Positions 1 to 8,754 of a DNA stretch of 19,200 nucleotides are shown one piece after another. Positions within the stretch are counted from its first letter, which is position 1. Every line of letters begins with the position of its first letter. The DNA is taken from assembly GCA_045105515.1 (NCBI GenBank), contig JBGCDR010000341.1, forward strand, positions 1 to 19,200, given 5' to 3'. A program made the position numbers and the translations under genes. Source of the DNA: Oligoflexales bacterium (GTDB lineage Bacteria; Bdellovibrionota_B; Oligoflexia; Oligoflexales; Bog-1112). The notes beneath the pieces are model-generated. The model was not told the origin of the DNA. It searched no databases and saw nothing but the letters and a program-made list of their open reading frames with translations.

Positions 1-16
1 CTAAAGATCGGCATTG

Positions 17-60
17 TGTTGGCGGTAAATATAGACACCGACACCGCCGTGATTTTTTTT
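17..60 (+). terminator. Possible intrinsic terminator or GC-rich hairpin
   Basis: GGCGGT (21-26) and ACCGCC (43-48) form an inverted repeat, with an alternative GTGTTGG/CCGACAC pairing, followed by a T8 run (53-60). The loop is long, so the call is weak. Confidence 0.3.
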
Positions 61-131
61 ACATAATTAAAATCATCGGAAACTCTGTCATAAATCAATT
101 TTAGAGGATCTTTCTACAGATTAGGTCCTAG

Positions 132-275
132 ATGCCAGTAAAAAGTAAAGATGCTGGTGATGCAGATCAAAATGCTATTGTGGTGTTAGATACTCTTGCG
201 ATTTTGCTAACGATGGAGTTAGGAAGTAATATGCAAACTCTTCAAGATATCTATCAAGATGAGTCTATAGATTAA
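132..275 (+). CDS. Possible 47-aa acidic small ORF or gene remnant (MPVKSKDAGDADQNAIVVLDTLAILLTMELGSNMQTLQDIYQDESID)
   Basis: Read by hand from ATG at 132 to TAA at 273-275. It stops 9 nt before the convergent gene's stop codon. The RBS is weak. Confidence 0.3.
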   Translation: MPVKSKDAGDADQNAIVVLDTLAILLTMELGSNMQTLQDIYQDESID

Positions 276-284
276 TGGGGAAAT

Positions 285-695
285 TTATCCTCTAATTTTT
301 TCCCGATTAAAAATGACTGATTCTTTATCAATCAAATCTCTTAGCTTACTCTTTATTGCAGAAGTCTTGCCAAGCTTTTCCTTCCACTTCATTAACTTTG
401 CTTTTGGATCGACTACGAACTTGTAATAAAAAGTTTGCGACTTGGGATCAAGTTCGAAACCTGTAGCTTTTTTATTGTGTAAGAAGCTTTTAATCACTCT
501 AGCGATATAACGTTCACTAGATATTTTTGTCGACTCAGAGCCAATATCAGGGTGAACAAATAATGTGTCGTCTATTGAATAGTCAGCATTTTGAAGTTCT
601 TCAATCGTATCGATGCGAACAACTTTGGCTTGGACAGGAGCTGATGCCAAGCTAGCTATGGTAATAAAGCTGAATAGATACCAAATGTACTTCAT
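285..695 (-). CDS. Hypothetical secreted protein, 136 aa
   Basis: GGAGG RBS upstream of ATG. Sec-type signal peptide (MKYIWYLFSFITIASLASAPVQA). No family recognised. Confidence 0.8.
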   Translation of the reverse strand: MKYIWYLFSFITIASLASAPVQAKVVRIDTIEELQNADYSIDDTLFVHPDIGSESTKISSERYIARVIKSFLHNKKATGFELDPKSQTFYYKFVVDPKAKLMKWKEKLGKTSAIKSKLRDLIDKESVIFNREKIRG

Positions 696-711
696 GTTAA
701 AAATCCTCCAT

Positions 712-731
712 TTAAACTGTCTTAAACTGTC
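712..731. repeat. 10-bp tandem direct repeat TTAAACTGTC x2
   Basis: Exact copies at 712-721 and 722-731, in the 5' leader of the 136-aa gene. Confidence 0.6.
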
Positions 732-768
732 ACTGTTTCGTTCAGTCTTGCTAATTCTATCTTGAAAT

Positions 769-786
769 AAGCAAATATTAGGCCAA
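769..786 (-). promoter_or_regulatory. Putative sigma54 (-24/-12) promoter of the 136-aa gene
   Basis: The minus strand reads TTGGCCTAATATTTGCTT, i.e. GG-N10-GC with TGGC and TTGC cores, about 75 nt upstream of the ATG. Confidence 0.6.
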
Positions 787-989
787 ATTATATTTGTGTT
801 TATAAAATTAATAATAATAGCAAGTTAACTTATTATAGTTTCAGCGGTTACTTGGAAAAATGTAAAATGATTGTACACTCCTGATGTATATAAACAGGTG
901 ATGGCGGTTAAATTGGCTTTAAGTATTGGAGCTTAGGAGTATATTATATAGTTGAGAATATTACTTGAATCAAACCTGGGTAGCCTCTT

Positions 990-2489
990 ATGGAATCTCG
1001 AATTTCGGTGAACTTGGAAAAGGTATCTCATGCTGCCAATGCATCCTTGTATATTTTTACCATTGGATTTTTTCTGCTAGGTCACTTTGTTTCTTTTTAT
1101 TTCCATTTTGGGACGGTGATATTTTTTCTTTCTGTTTTAATCAATTTATACTTTCTACATGGTCAGAAACAGCATGCTCTTTTGTCGAACTTCGGTTTCT
1201 TGGCCCAGATGCGCTATATCATTGAAAGCATCGGTCCAGAATTCCGGCAGTACCTGTATATGAGTGATACGGAAGAAAGACCGTTTAATCGGATCGAAAG
1301 AGCTGAAGTTTATCGAAAATCGAAAAATATGGACTCTTCTTCTGCTTTCGGTTCTTTGAATAACTTCGACCATAGAGAAATAAAACTTCGTCATTCGATG
1401 TTTCCTAGACGAAAATCAGAACAATCCCCTTTCTCAGTTACCTTTGGTGAAGAGCGGTCATTGAGCAGTGCATATGCCATAAAAAAACCGATGATGATAA
1501 GTGCTATGAGCTATGGAGCCTTAAGTAGCCGTGCTGTTAGAAGCTTGGCAAGAGGAGCAAAAAAAGCTGGAATACCAATGAATACGGGAGAAGGAGGCTA
1601 TCCAAAGCATCACCTTGCAGAGGGCTGTGATCTGATTTTTCAAATGGGTACTGCTAAATTTGGGGTTAGGAATGACGATGGCAGCCTTAATGATGAAAAG
1701 CTGTCAGAAATTGCAGCACTTGAACAAGTTAAAATGATAGAGATCAAATTATCTCAAGGAGCAAAACCTGGGAAAGGGGGACTTTTACCCAAGGAAAAGA
1801 TTACTGAAGAGATATCGCAGCTTAGAGGAGTACCTATGGGAGCAGATGTGATATCACCTCGTGGTCATGTGGAATGCTCAAGCCCAGGAAACACCGTTAA
1901 ATTTATTCAGCATGTTCAAGAAATTTCTGGTCTGCCAGTGGGTATAAAGATGTGTCTAGGACGTGCTGATGAGTTTTCAAACCTGCTTAAAGAAATGAAA
2001 CAACAAAAAGTCTATCCTGATTACATGGTTATTGATGGTTCAGAAGGAGGAACCGGAGCTGCACCAAAGCCATTTATGGATGATATTGGAGTTCCCATTT
2101 ACAAAGCACTTCCATTTGTTAATGAGCTTCTGATGGAGTATGACCTAAGAGATAAGACGAAGTTAGTAGCCTCCGGAAAACTAATCAATGCCGGAAGGCA
2201 ATTTATCGCAATGTCTTTTGGAGCCAATGCTATTTACTCGGCTCGCGGGTTTATGCTAGCTATTGGTTGTATTCAAGCAATGCAATGTAATTCGAATACT
2301 TGTCCTGTCGGGATAACAAGTCATAGTCCAAAGCTTTATACTGGGATTGACATAGAGGTCAAATCAGAAAGAGTGGCCAGTTATGTTAATAATATAGCTC
2401 ATGATCATGAAGAAATACTTGCATCACTAGGAAAAGGCTCTCATGCAGAGCTGAATAAAGAGAATCTACTAATACCTGAATTCTACTAG
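990..2489 (+). CDS. FMN-binding glutamate synthase family protein (membrane-anchored, no amidotransferase domain)
   Basis: Motifs ISAMSYGALS, NTGEGG, QMGTAKFGVR, EIKLSQGAKPGKGGLLP and DGSEGGTGAAP. [3Fe-4S]-type motif CIQAMQCNSNTC (2268-2303). Two N-terminal hydrophobic segments. Confidence 0.92.
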   Translation: MESRISVNLEKVSHAANASLYIFTIGFFLLGHFVSFYFHFGTVIFFLSVLINLYFLHGQKQHALLSNFGFLAQMRYIIESIGPEFRQYLYMSDTEERPFNRIERAEVYRKSKNMDSSSAFGSLNNFDHREIKLRHSMFPRRKSEQSPFSVTFGEERSLSSAYAIKKPMMISAMSYGALSSRAVRSLARGAKKAGIPMNTGEGGYPKHHLAEGCDLIFQMGTAKFGVRNDDGSLNDEKLSEIAALEQVKMIEIKLSQGAKPGKGGLLPKEKITEEISQLRGVPMGADVISPRGHVECSSPGNTVKFIQHVQEISGLPVGIKMCLGRADEFSNLLKEMKQQKVYPDYMVIDGSEGGTGAAPKPFMDDIGVPIYKALPFVNELLMEYDLRDKTKLVASGKLINAGRQFIAMSFGANAIYSARGFMLAIGCIQAMQCNSNTCPVGITSHSPKLYTGIDIEVKSERVASYVNNIAHDHEEILASLGKGSHAELNKENLLIPEFY

Positions 2490-2497
2490 GAATTAAT

Positions 2498-2890
2498 ATG
2501 AGCCCAAATAAAAAAAAGATGACTTGGATTTGCCAATTAATAGCGGGCCCGATATTTATTTGGGTTGGTAGCTTGAAGCTTTCTGGCAACCAAGCTGATA
2601 TGGATTTGTTCCTGTCCTTAGGCATGGAACCAGCTGGTCGTATTTTGATTGGAATTATAGAAATTTTTGCAGGACTGATGTTGTTATCTGATGTATTTGC
2701 TGCATTAGGAGCACTCTTAGGAGTTGGAGTGATGTTGGGTGCCATAATTGCCCATTCTACACGTTTAGGTTTTATTGTCTCTGGTGATGGGGGCATACAT
2801 ATACTTATGCTCGTTATTGTGCTCAGTTGCTGCCTGACAACCTTAGTTATAAGACGCAAGCAGTTGCCGTTTATTGGACCAACCTTATAG
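2498..2890 (+). CDS. DoxX-like membrane protein
   Basis: Four hydrophobic helices; K-L-S-G and LGMEPAGRILIGIIE motifs; H in the third helix; AGGA RBS; 8 nt after the upstream stop. Confidence 0.82.
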   Translation: MSPNKKKMTWICQLIAGPIFIWVGSLKLSGNQADMDLFLSLGMEPAGRILIGIIEIFAGLMLLSDVFAALGALLGVGVMLGAIIAHSTRLGFIVSGDGGIHILMLVIVLSCCLTTLVIRRKQLPFIGPTL

Positions 2891-2961
2891 TCGCTTTATG
2901 ACATTTCTACAATCAAAATTTACTAAAACTTCTATATTGAACAAGATAATAAGGAATAGAT

Positions 2962-4575
2962 ATGAACGCAAGTGACCTATTAGTTAAAGCTCTTGAAAAC
3001 GAAGGAGTTGAGTATATATTTGGAATTCCAGGTGAGGAAAATCTAGTTTTTTTAGATTCTCTTCGTCGTTCAAATATTAAGCTAGTTTTAACAAGGCACG
3101 AACAAGCAGCAGGATTCATGGCTGCGGCCTACGGACGTTTAACTGGAAAAACAGGGGTATGTCTTTCTACTTTAGGACCTGGTGCTACTAATTTCTCGAC
3201 AGCTGCTTCTTATGCTCTACTTGGTGGTATGCCGGTGCTTTTTTTAACCGGACAAAAACCCATTAAAAAAAGCAAGCAAGGCCAGTTTCAAATCATTGAT
3301 GTAGTAGCCTCTATGCGGCCTATTACCAAGTTGGCGCACCAAATTGTTGATGGAAATACTATTCCCCACTTAGTTCGGGAATGCTTTAGACTTTCTGAAC
3401 GGGAGAAGCCAGGGCCGACTCACTTGGAACTGCCTGAAGATATAGCTGATGAATCTGTAGATCGATCTCCTTTTGAAGTAACAAAAGTATCTCCTCCTGC
3501 AACCAGTCAAACTGCTATTTTGAAAGCTACAGAAATGATTAATGCTGCACAGAGGCCTTTGCTCTTGATTGCCTCTGGAGCAAATCGTGATAGCACTCAT
3601 AAAGTACTATTGAAATTTTTGGACAAGACAGGGTTATTCTTTTTTACCACCCAGATGGGAAAAGGAGCAGTAGATGAGAGGCATGAAAGATGCTTAGGAA
3701 CTGCTGCACTTTCCGCTAAAGACTATATTCACTCAGCAATAGACAAATCTGATTTAATCATCAATGTAGGGCATGATGTTAGTGAAAAGCCACCCTTTAT
3801 CATGTATGAAGGTTCTGATCAAAAAGTCATCCACGTTGCGTTTTCTGAGGCTGAGATGGATGATGTGTATTTTCCCAATCATGAGTTAATTGGATGTATG
3901 AATGCAAATATTTCGATGCTCACTGATGCTGTCGAAAAATCTGTGAACTGGGACTTTCAGATCTATGAGTCTTTAAAACAAAAAATTCAGGAGAATGTTT
4001 TTAACAATAATGATGATCCCAGGTTTCCCTACATTCCCCAAAGACTTGTTAGTGAGGTTAGGCAAGTGATGCCAAGTGATGGAATTCTTTCACTCGATAA
4101 TGGCATGTATAAAATATGGTTTGCTCGCAACTATCTGGCTCATGAAACAAATACAGTCTTACTGGATAATGCTTTAGCAACGATGGGTGCTGGGCTGCCG
4201 GTAGCCATTGGAGCAAAAATAGTTTATCCAAATCGTAAGGTGCTTGCTGTATGTGGAGATGGCGGTTTTATGATGAACTCGCAGGAACTGGAAACAGCAG
4301 TTCGTCTTAAATTGGATCTTGTGGTGCTAGTACTTAGAGATGATGCTTATGGAATGATCAAGTGGAAGCAGGCTGGCATGGGATATTCTCACTGGGGTTT
4401 GGATTTTGGTAATCCAGATTTTGTCAAATACGCTGAGGCTTATGGAGCAAATGGTCATAGAGTTACAGAAGTGAGTGGTTTGGCAAATCAACTCAAAGCG
4501 AGTTTTGCAGAGGGAGGGGTTCATCTAATCGAAACTCCCATAGATTATTCAGAAAACCCAGGGGGAGAGCTGTAA
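2962..4575 (+). CDS. ThDP-dependent enzyme, acetolactate synthase large-subunit-like (candidate 2-oxoglutarate decarboxylase)
   Basis: FGIPGEEN, RHEQAAGFMA and TLGPGATN motifs; ThDP-binding GDGGFMMN motif; AAGGA RBS. Confidence 0.9.
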   Translation: MNASDLLVKALENEGVEYIFGIPGEENLVFLDSLRRSNIKLVLTRHEQAAGFMAAAYGRLTGKTGVCLSTLGPGATNFSTAASYALLGGMPVLFLTGQKPIKKSKQGQFQIIDVVASMRPITKLAHQIVDGNTIPHLVRECFRLSEREKPGPTHLELPEDIADESVDRSPFEVTKVSPPATSQTAILKATEMINAAQRPLLLIASGANRDSTHKVLLKFLDKTGLFFFTTQMGKGAVDERHERCLGTAALSAKDYIHSAIDKSDLIINVGHDVSEKPPFIMYEGSDQKVIHVAFSEAEMDDVYFPNHELIGCMNANISMLTDAVEKSVNWDFQIYESLKQKIQENVFNNNDDPRFPYIPQRLVSEVRQVMPSDGILSLDNGMYKIWFARNYLAHETNTVLLDNALATMGAGLPVAIGAKIVYPNRKVLAVCGDGGFMMNSQELETAVRLKLDLVVLVLRDDAYGMIKWKQAGMGYSHWGLDFGNPDFVKYAEAYGANGHRVTEVSGLANQLKASFAEGGVHLIETPIDYSENPGGEL

Positions 4576-4577
4576 AG

Positions 4578-5960
4578 ATGAGTAATATAGATATTTTTAA
4601 TCCTTATAATCTTGAAAAAATTGGAGACCTCCCCTTACAAACAGAACAAGAGGTCAATCAAGCTATTGAGAATGCTCACAATCTCGTAAGTAATCGGCGA
4701 TGTCTTCTCCCTCTTGTCGAGCGATTAGCCATACTTGAGAGGACTTTGAGTATTCTCATGCCAAAAGCAGAAGATTTGGCTGTAAATGCTGCACGCGAGG
4801 GTGGGAAGCCCTTAGTTGACTCTCGGATTGAGATTTTTCGGGGTTTTGAAGGGTTTAAAATTGCCATAGAGGAAGCTAAAGCACTTGCTGGAAAAGAAAT
4901 TCCTATGGGTGCAACTGCTTCATCTGTAGGTCGTGTTGCAATGACTCGTAGGGAACCACGTGGGCTAGTAGTTGCTGTCAGTGCATTCAATCATCCGTTT
5001 AATTTAATTGTCCACCAAGTGATTCCAGCAGTTGCTGTGGGATGTCCTGTTCTCGTAAAACCTGCACTTACCACACCATTTTCCTGTCAAGTAGTGGTAG
5101 AAGCTTTATATGAAGCGGGCTTACCCAAAGATTGGTGCCGTATGATTATCTGTGATAATGATGTGGCGGAGAAACTAGTTACTGATAAGCGTAATACTTT
5201 TCTTACATTTATTGGCTCTACTAAGGTAGGATGGTCTCTCAGAGCTAAACTTCCTCCTGGAGCTTTATGTGCTTTAGAGCATGGTGGTGCGGCTCCGGTG
5301 ATTGTAGATTCTTCAGCAGATTTGGATAAGGCAATACCTCAATTGTTGAAAGGGGCCTACTACCATGCCGGTCAGGTCTGTGTTTCGGTACAACGGATCT
5401 TTGTCCATGAATCGATCGCCCAGACCTTTTGTGATCGCTTGACTGATGGGGTAGACAGGTTAACTACTGGTAATCCAGGTGATCCTCAGACCGAGGTGGG
5501 GCCATTGATACTTCCACGGGAAGTTGATAGGGTCGCAAAATGGGTTGAGGAAGCCAAAGAGTCGGGAGAGCTACTTTGTGGTGGCAATAAAATTTCTGAG
5601 ACATGCTACCAACCAAGCCTAATACTAAACCCTAAAGCGGATTGCATGGTCTCCAAGCAAGAAATATTTGGCCCGGTAGCATGTGTTTATACTTATAAAA
5701 ATATTGATGAAGCTATTGAGCAGGCTAACAATGTAGATTTTGCATTTCAGGCAGCTGTTTTTTCTAGGGACTTAAATCGAGCATTCGAAACTGCCAGAAA
5801 TCTTGAGGGGCTGACAGTTATGATCAATGATCACACTGCTTTTAGAGTGGATTGGATGCCATTTGGCGGATATAAACATTCAGGACTAGGGGTTGGTGGC
5901 ATAGGCCACACTATGAAAGATATGACCTTAGAAAAAATGATTGTCTTGAATACCAACTAA
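4578..5960 (+). CDS. NAD(P)-dependent aldehyde dehydrogenase (candidate succinic semialdehyde dehydrogenase)
   Basis: FNHPFNL, KP, FIGS, catalytic Glu in LEHGG, catalytic Cys in GQVCVS, EIFGPV and MPFGGYK motifs; 2 nt after the upstream stop. Confidence 0.93.
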   Translation: MSNIDIFNPYNLEKIGDLPLQTEQEVNQAIENAHNLVSNRRCLLPLVERLAILERTLSILMPKAEDLAVNAAREGGKPLVDSRIEIFRGFEGFKIAIEEAKALAGKEIPMGATASSVGRVAMTRREPRGLVVAVSAFNHPFNLIVHQVIPAVAVGCPVLVKPALTTPFSCQVVVEALYEAGLPKDWCRMIICDNDVAEKLVTDKRNTFLTFIGSTKVGWSLRAKLPPGALCALEHGGAAPVIVDSSADLDKAIPQLLKGAYYHAGQVCVSVQRIFVHESIAQTFCDRLTDGVDRLTTGNPGDPQTEVGPLILPREVDRVAKWVEEAKESGELLCGGNKISETCYQPSLILNPKADCMVSKQEIFGPVACVYTYKNIDEAIEQANNVDFAFQAAVFSRDLNRAFETARNLEGLTVMINDHTAFRVDWMPFGGYKHSGLGVGGIGHTMKDMTLEKMIVLNTN

Positions 5961-5972
5961 TCAAGCATTATA

Positions 5973-6572
5973 TTAACCTTTATATAAATCCTTGAGCAGC
6001 GATTCTAAATTCAACTGCACTGATAATTTAATGTAGTCATCAACTTTGACCATGAGCCCCCCAAGCATGCTTGGGGGTTCGATATCTAAACTGCTCAACT
6101 TTGATTCCATAGAGCCAGTTAATAGGTGTTCTTTAATTTCAACAGTGAATTTTAGATCATGCCACTTTTCACCTATTCGAAGCTTGCCAGGTATGGTATG
6201 AGACACTGTTTTAAGCATTCCATTCAATTCTGCTTGACTATAACTTCTTGATTGAAACACTAGGTTTTTATTTAGGTCCCCTTTAAGCATTTTAACAACT
6301 TCGGCATCTCTGTCAGCTTCATCACTGTTAAATTCAGCTAGAGGAATTTCAATTCTAAGTAAATAATTTTGTTTGTCTGGAACCAGGCTAACCTCAATCT
6401 TGGTATTGATACCTACTGGCTCCTGATTGCTTAGTAAGAACATTCTTTTTTTTGCATGCCATTTAACCCAATTGCTGCTAGCATCTGATCCTTCGCTAGC
6501 TCCCATCATGCAAGATATGAGCATTCCAAAAAAGATCATAATTACTTTAAAATTCGCTTTCATCCTCATCAT
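5973..6572 (-). CDS. YceI-like periplasmic lipid/polyisoprenoid-binding protein
   Basis: Start moved to the ATG at 6572 (or 6569) behind a GGAGG RBS. Signal peptide. FNSDEADRDAEV matches the YceI RD motif; beta-rich pattern and C-terminal KVDDYIKLSVQL. Confidence 0.72.
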   Translation of the reverse strand: MMRMKANFKVIMIFFGMLISCMMGASEGSDASSNWVKWHAKKRMFLLSNQEPVGINTKIEVSLVPDKQNYLLRIEIPLAEFNSDEADRDAEVVKMLKGDLNKNLVFQSRSYSQAELNGMLKTVSHTIPGKLRIGEKWHDLKFTVEIKEHLLTGSMESKLSSLDIEPPSMLGGLMVKVDDYIKLSVQLNLESLLKDLYKG

Positions 6573-6627
6573 AAATCCTCCAAAATTTCGTTCCAGATGA
6601 TATACATATTGTGATAGCTTGCTTAGT

Positions 6628-7974
6628 CTACTTCCAAAGATTGTCCAACCAATCATCAGATTTTTTTTCTTTTGGCTTCTTGATATTCATTTTTTTACGG
6701 ATTTCAGATATTTCCCATCCAGTTAGGTTTGCTAGGTTTTTTGCCTCTTGTTCCTTCCTAGTCACTAAATTATTTTTGTAGGTTTCCGCTGCATCACAAC
6801 TTGCCTTTCCCCTCCATTTGTTGCGAATTACAAATCGTCCTTGAAAGTTCTTTTTATTTTGAGTGGACTTAAAAATAAGGTCTTCTGGAAAGGTGCTTTT
6901 ATTGTACCTTAGATGGAGCCTTGTAACATATGCAGGTTGGGCGTTCCCTTTCTGTCTTCTGTCGGTAGACGGTTTTGAAATCCAAAAAACTCCTAAATCT
7001 CTAAGCTCCTTTTTGTTGAGTGGATTTTCAGCGCATGGATCGCACCAATTCATATCCCATGCATATTCAAGAATGGCTGATTTTTGGTTTTCTTTTTGCC
7101 AAGCAACAGCGAACATATCTCTATAAAAATTTTTGAAATCCTTCTTTATAAAAACCGGTATATCTATATTTGAAGGTAGCTTTTTAGTTTTGTAGTTGAC
7201 AAGCTCAATACGACCTTTCTTGGTAATTGCGTAGACAAAGAGCTCCTGGAATCCTTGGCTATTAACGGTACCTAGTCTAATTGGCAGCATGAACCTAGGA
7301 GATTCATAGGCAATTTGCAGAGGCCTAAGCTTGACCCTGCCAGATTTTTCTAGGCGTGCAAGATTAACCTTTGCGACAAAAAATTTAAGCTCTTGCTTGA
7401 TGTAGGATCTCAATATCGGGCTTGCATCTTTAGGAAGATGATAGTCATTTTGATTTAGCCAAGTGAGTAATCCACTGCTTTCTTTAGCTGACAGAATTAA
7501 TATATCATATTCACCTATTGTATATTGAGCTTCTATAGTTACTCCCAGTTTTTTCTCTGTTTTTCTACGAAGCGAAGGGCTGTTCTGCAAACTAAGTCTA
7601 GATTTCTCGTAAATAGCTCGTTGACAGGGGTCATCTTCAAAGTATTCAGCTAGACGTGGGGCTGTGAAGCCATCTATACGGTCAATGAGGGATTGTTCGC
7701 CTACTCTAATTTGCTTTTTTTTTAGAATTGTAGGAACTGGGACGACTAATGCAAATGATTTGCTATCTCCTTGATAATCATTTCCCATCGTTAGCACAGT
7801 TTTATCAGCATCTCTGACTAAGACAACCTGCGAAGATTTATTGAAAAGTTTGGCGCCTGCTTTTGCGACAAAAAAGCCACAGAATCCATATGAAGGAGCT
7901 TGATAGGCAAGTGTTGATAAGATTATGCTGAAAATGATATTGGAGATTGTCCATGGATATTTTTGCTTCGCCAT
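6628..7974 (-). CDS. DUF2330 domain secreted protein
   Basis: Signal peptide followed by FCGFFVAKA...LFNKSSQV; FALVVPVP, TAPRLAEY, FMLPIRLG, EYAWDMNWCDPC and TRLHLRY motifs. Confidence 0.85.
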   Translation of the reverse strand: MAKQKYPWTISNIIFSIILSTLAYQAPSYGFCGFFVAKAGAKLFNKSSQVVLVRDADKTVLTMGNDYQGDSKSFALVVPVPTILKKKQIRVGEQSLIDRIDGFTAPRLAEYFEDDPCQRAIYEKSRLSLQNSPSLRRKTEKKLGVTIEAQYTIGEYDILILSAKESSGLLTWLNQNDYHLPKDASPILRSYIKQELKFFVAKVNLARLEKSGRVKLRPLQIAYESPRFMLPIRLGTVNSQGFQELFVYAITKKGRIELVNYKTKKLPSNIDIPVFIKKDFKNFYRDMFAVAWQKENQKSAILEYAWDMNWCDPCAENPLNKKELRDLGVFWISKPSTDRRQKGNAQPAYVTRLHLRYNKSTFPEDLIFKSTQNKKNFQGRFVIRNKWRGKASCDAAETYKNNLVTRKEQEAKNLANLTGWEISEIRKKMNIKKPKEKKSDDWLDNLWK

Positions 7975-8744
7975 TGGTAGGATTTTCCTTTTAAATATTT
8001 GTTAATAAGTGGAATGAAAACCGAGCCTATGAATAAAGCATATATTGGTGCATCAGGTATAAAAAGAATATGTTGACCAAAGAATGCTAGGCTAGCAATG
8101 ATGCATGCAAAAAAGATTCTTCCTGATTTTTTATTTGGAGTTACTACTGGGTCTGTCAGCATCAGGAGAGCGAAAATAAAATGAGATCCCTGGAAGAAAT
8201 GGTGAGAAAAAATATGCCAAGGGTTTTCTAGATAGAGGTTTCTAATTAGAATCAATACTCCATAACATAGACTATAAGAACAAAAGAGGTCTAATCTGTT
8301 TATTTTTGACAAGAGCATGACTGCTATAATTGCCATAAAAAATAAAAAAATATGACTTTGGTTCCATGAACCTAGGCTTAGCCAACAAGGTGTTCCGAGC
8401 AAAAGCAAGCATGCTATTGCGAAGTTTGAAGGATTAAAAAAGTGTTTCCCGTCTGAACGTAAAAGAAACTTACTAGAACTGGCGATTAAGCATGCAGCTA
8501 CTAAATACCAATGACTAGAGGCTTGCAGCATTATTGCAATGGACAGACCACTAATAATAGAACTTCTTATATCCAGAAATCCTAGTTTAAATAACTGGGT
8601 AAAGAAAATAAATGATAAACAAGAACTTACTACCGTTATCATACTTGTTAGCATCATGGGTTCACGGTTCAAAACCAATGACAAATATGCAATTAATAAG
8701 CACTGAAGAAAAATTTGGATATTTCGAGGATCGGTAAATTTCAA
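7923..8744 (-). CDS. Stand-alone RnfD/NqrB-like (UnbU-like) membrane protein
   Basis: DPR, KHFFNPSNFA and LMLTDPVVTP motifs; multi-TM. Start is probably the TTG at 8744, just after the upstream stop; the ORF track start at 8783 overlaps the upstream gene. Confidence 0.8.
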   Translation of the reverse strand: MKFTDPRNIQIFLQCLLIAYLSLVLNREPMMLTSMITVVSSCLSFIFFTQLFKLGFLDIRSSIISGLSIAIMLQASSHWYLVAACLIASSSKFLLRSDGKHFFNPSNFAIACLLLLGTPCWLSLGSWNQSHIFLFFMAIIAVMLLSKINRLDLFCSYSLCYGVLILIRNLYLENPWHIFSHHFFQGSHFIFALLMLTDPVVTPNKKSGRIFFACIIASLAFFGQHILFIPDAPIYALFIGSVFIPLINKYLKGKSYQWRSKNIHGQSPISFSA

Positions 8745-8754
8745 TTGGCTGAAC

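Noticed and set aside
712..733. Pho box (CTGTCTTAAACTGTCAC)
   Set aside because: The repeat period is 10 bp rather than the 11 bp of PhoB boxes, and no phosphate-related genes are nearby.
990..2489. Calling this gltB
   Set aside because: Only 499 aa, with no amidotransferase or GXGXG domain and no gltD partner.
2962..4575. Calling this biosynthetic ilvB/ilvI
   Set aside because: No regulatory subunit or other ilv genes are adjacent, and it is coupled to an ALDH instead.
965..4990. Short alternative-frame or antisense ORFs (965-1225, 1155-1394, 2386-2859, 2913-3119, 3370-3600, 4327-4524, 4676-4990)
   Set aside because: They overlap well-supported genes and show no family motifs; most likely shadow ORFs.
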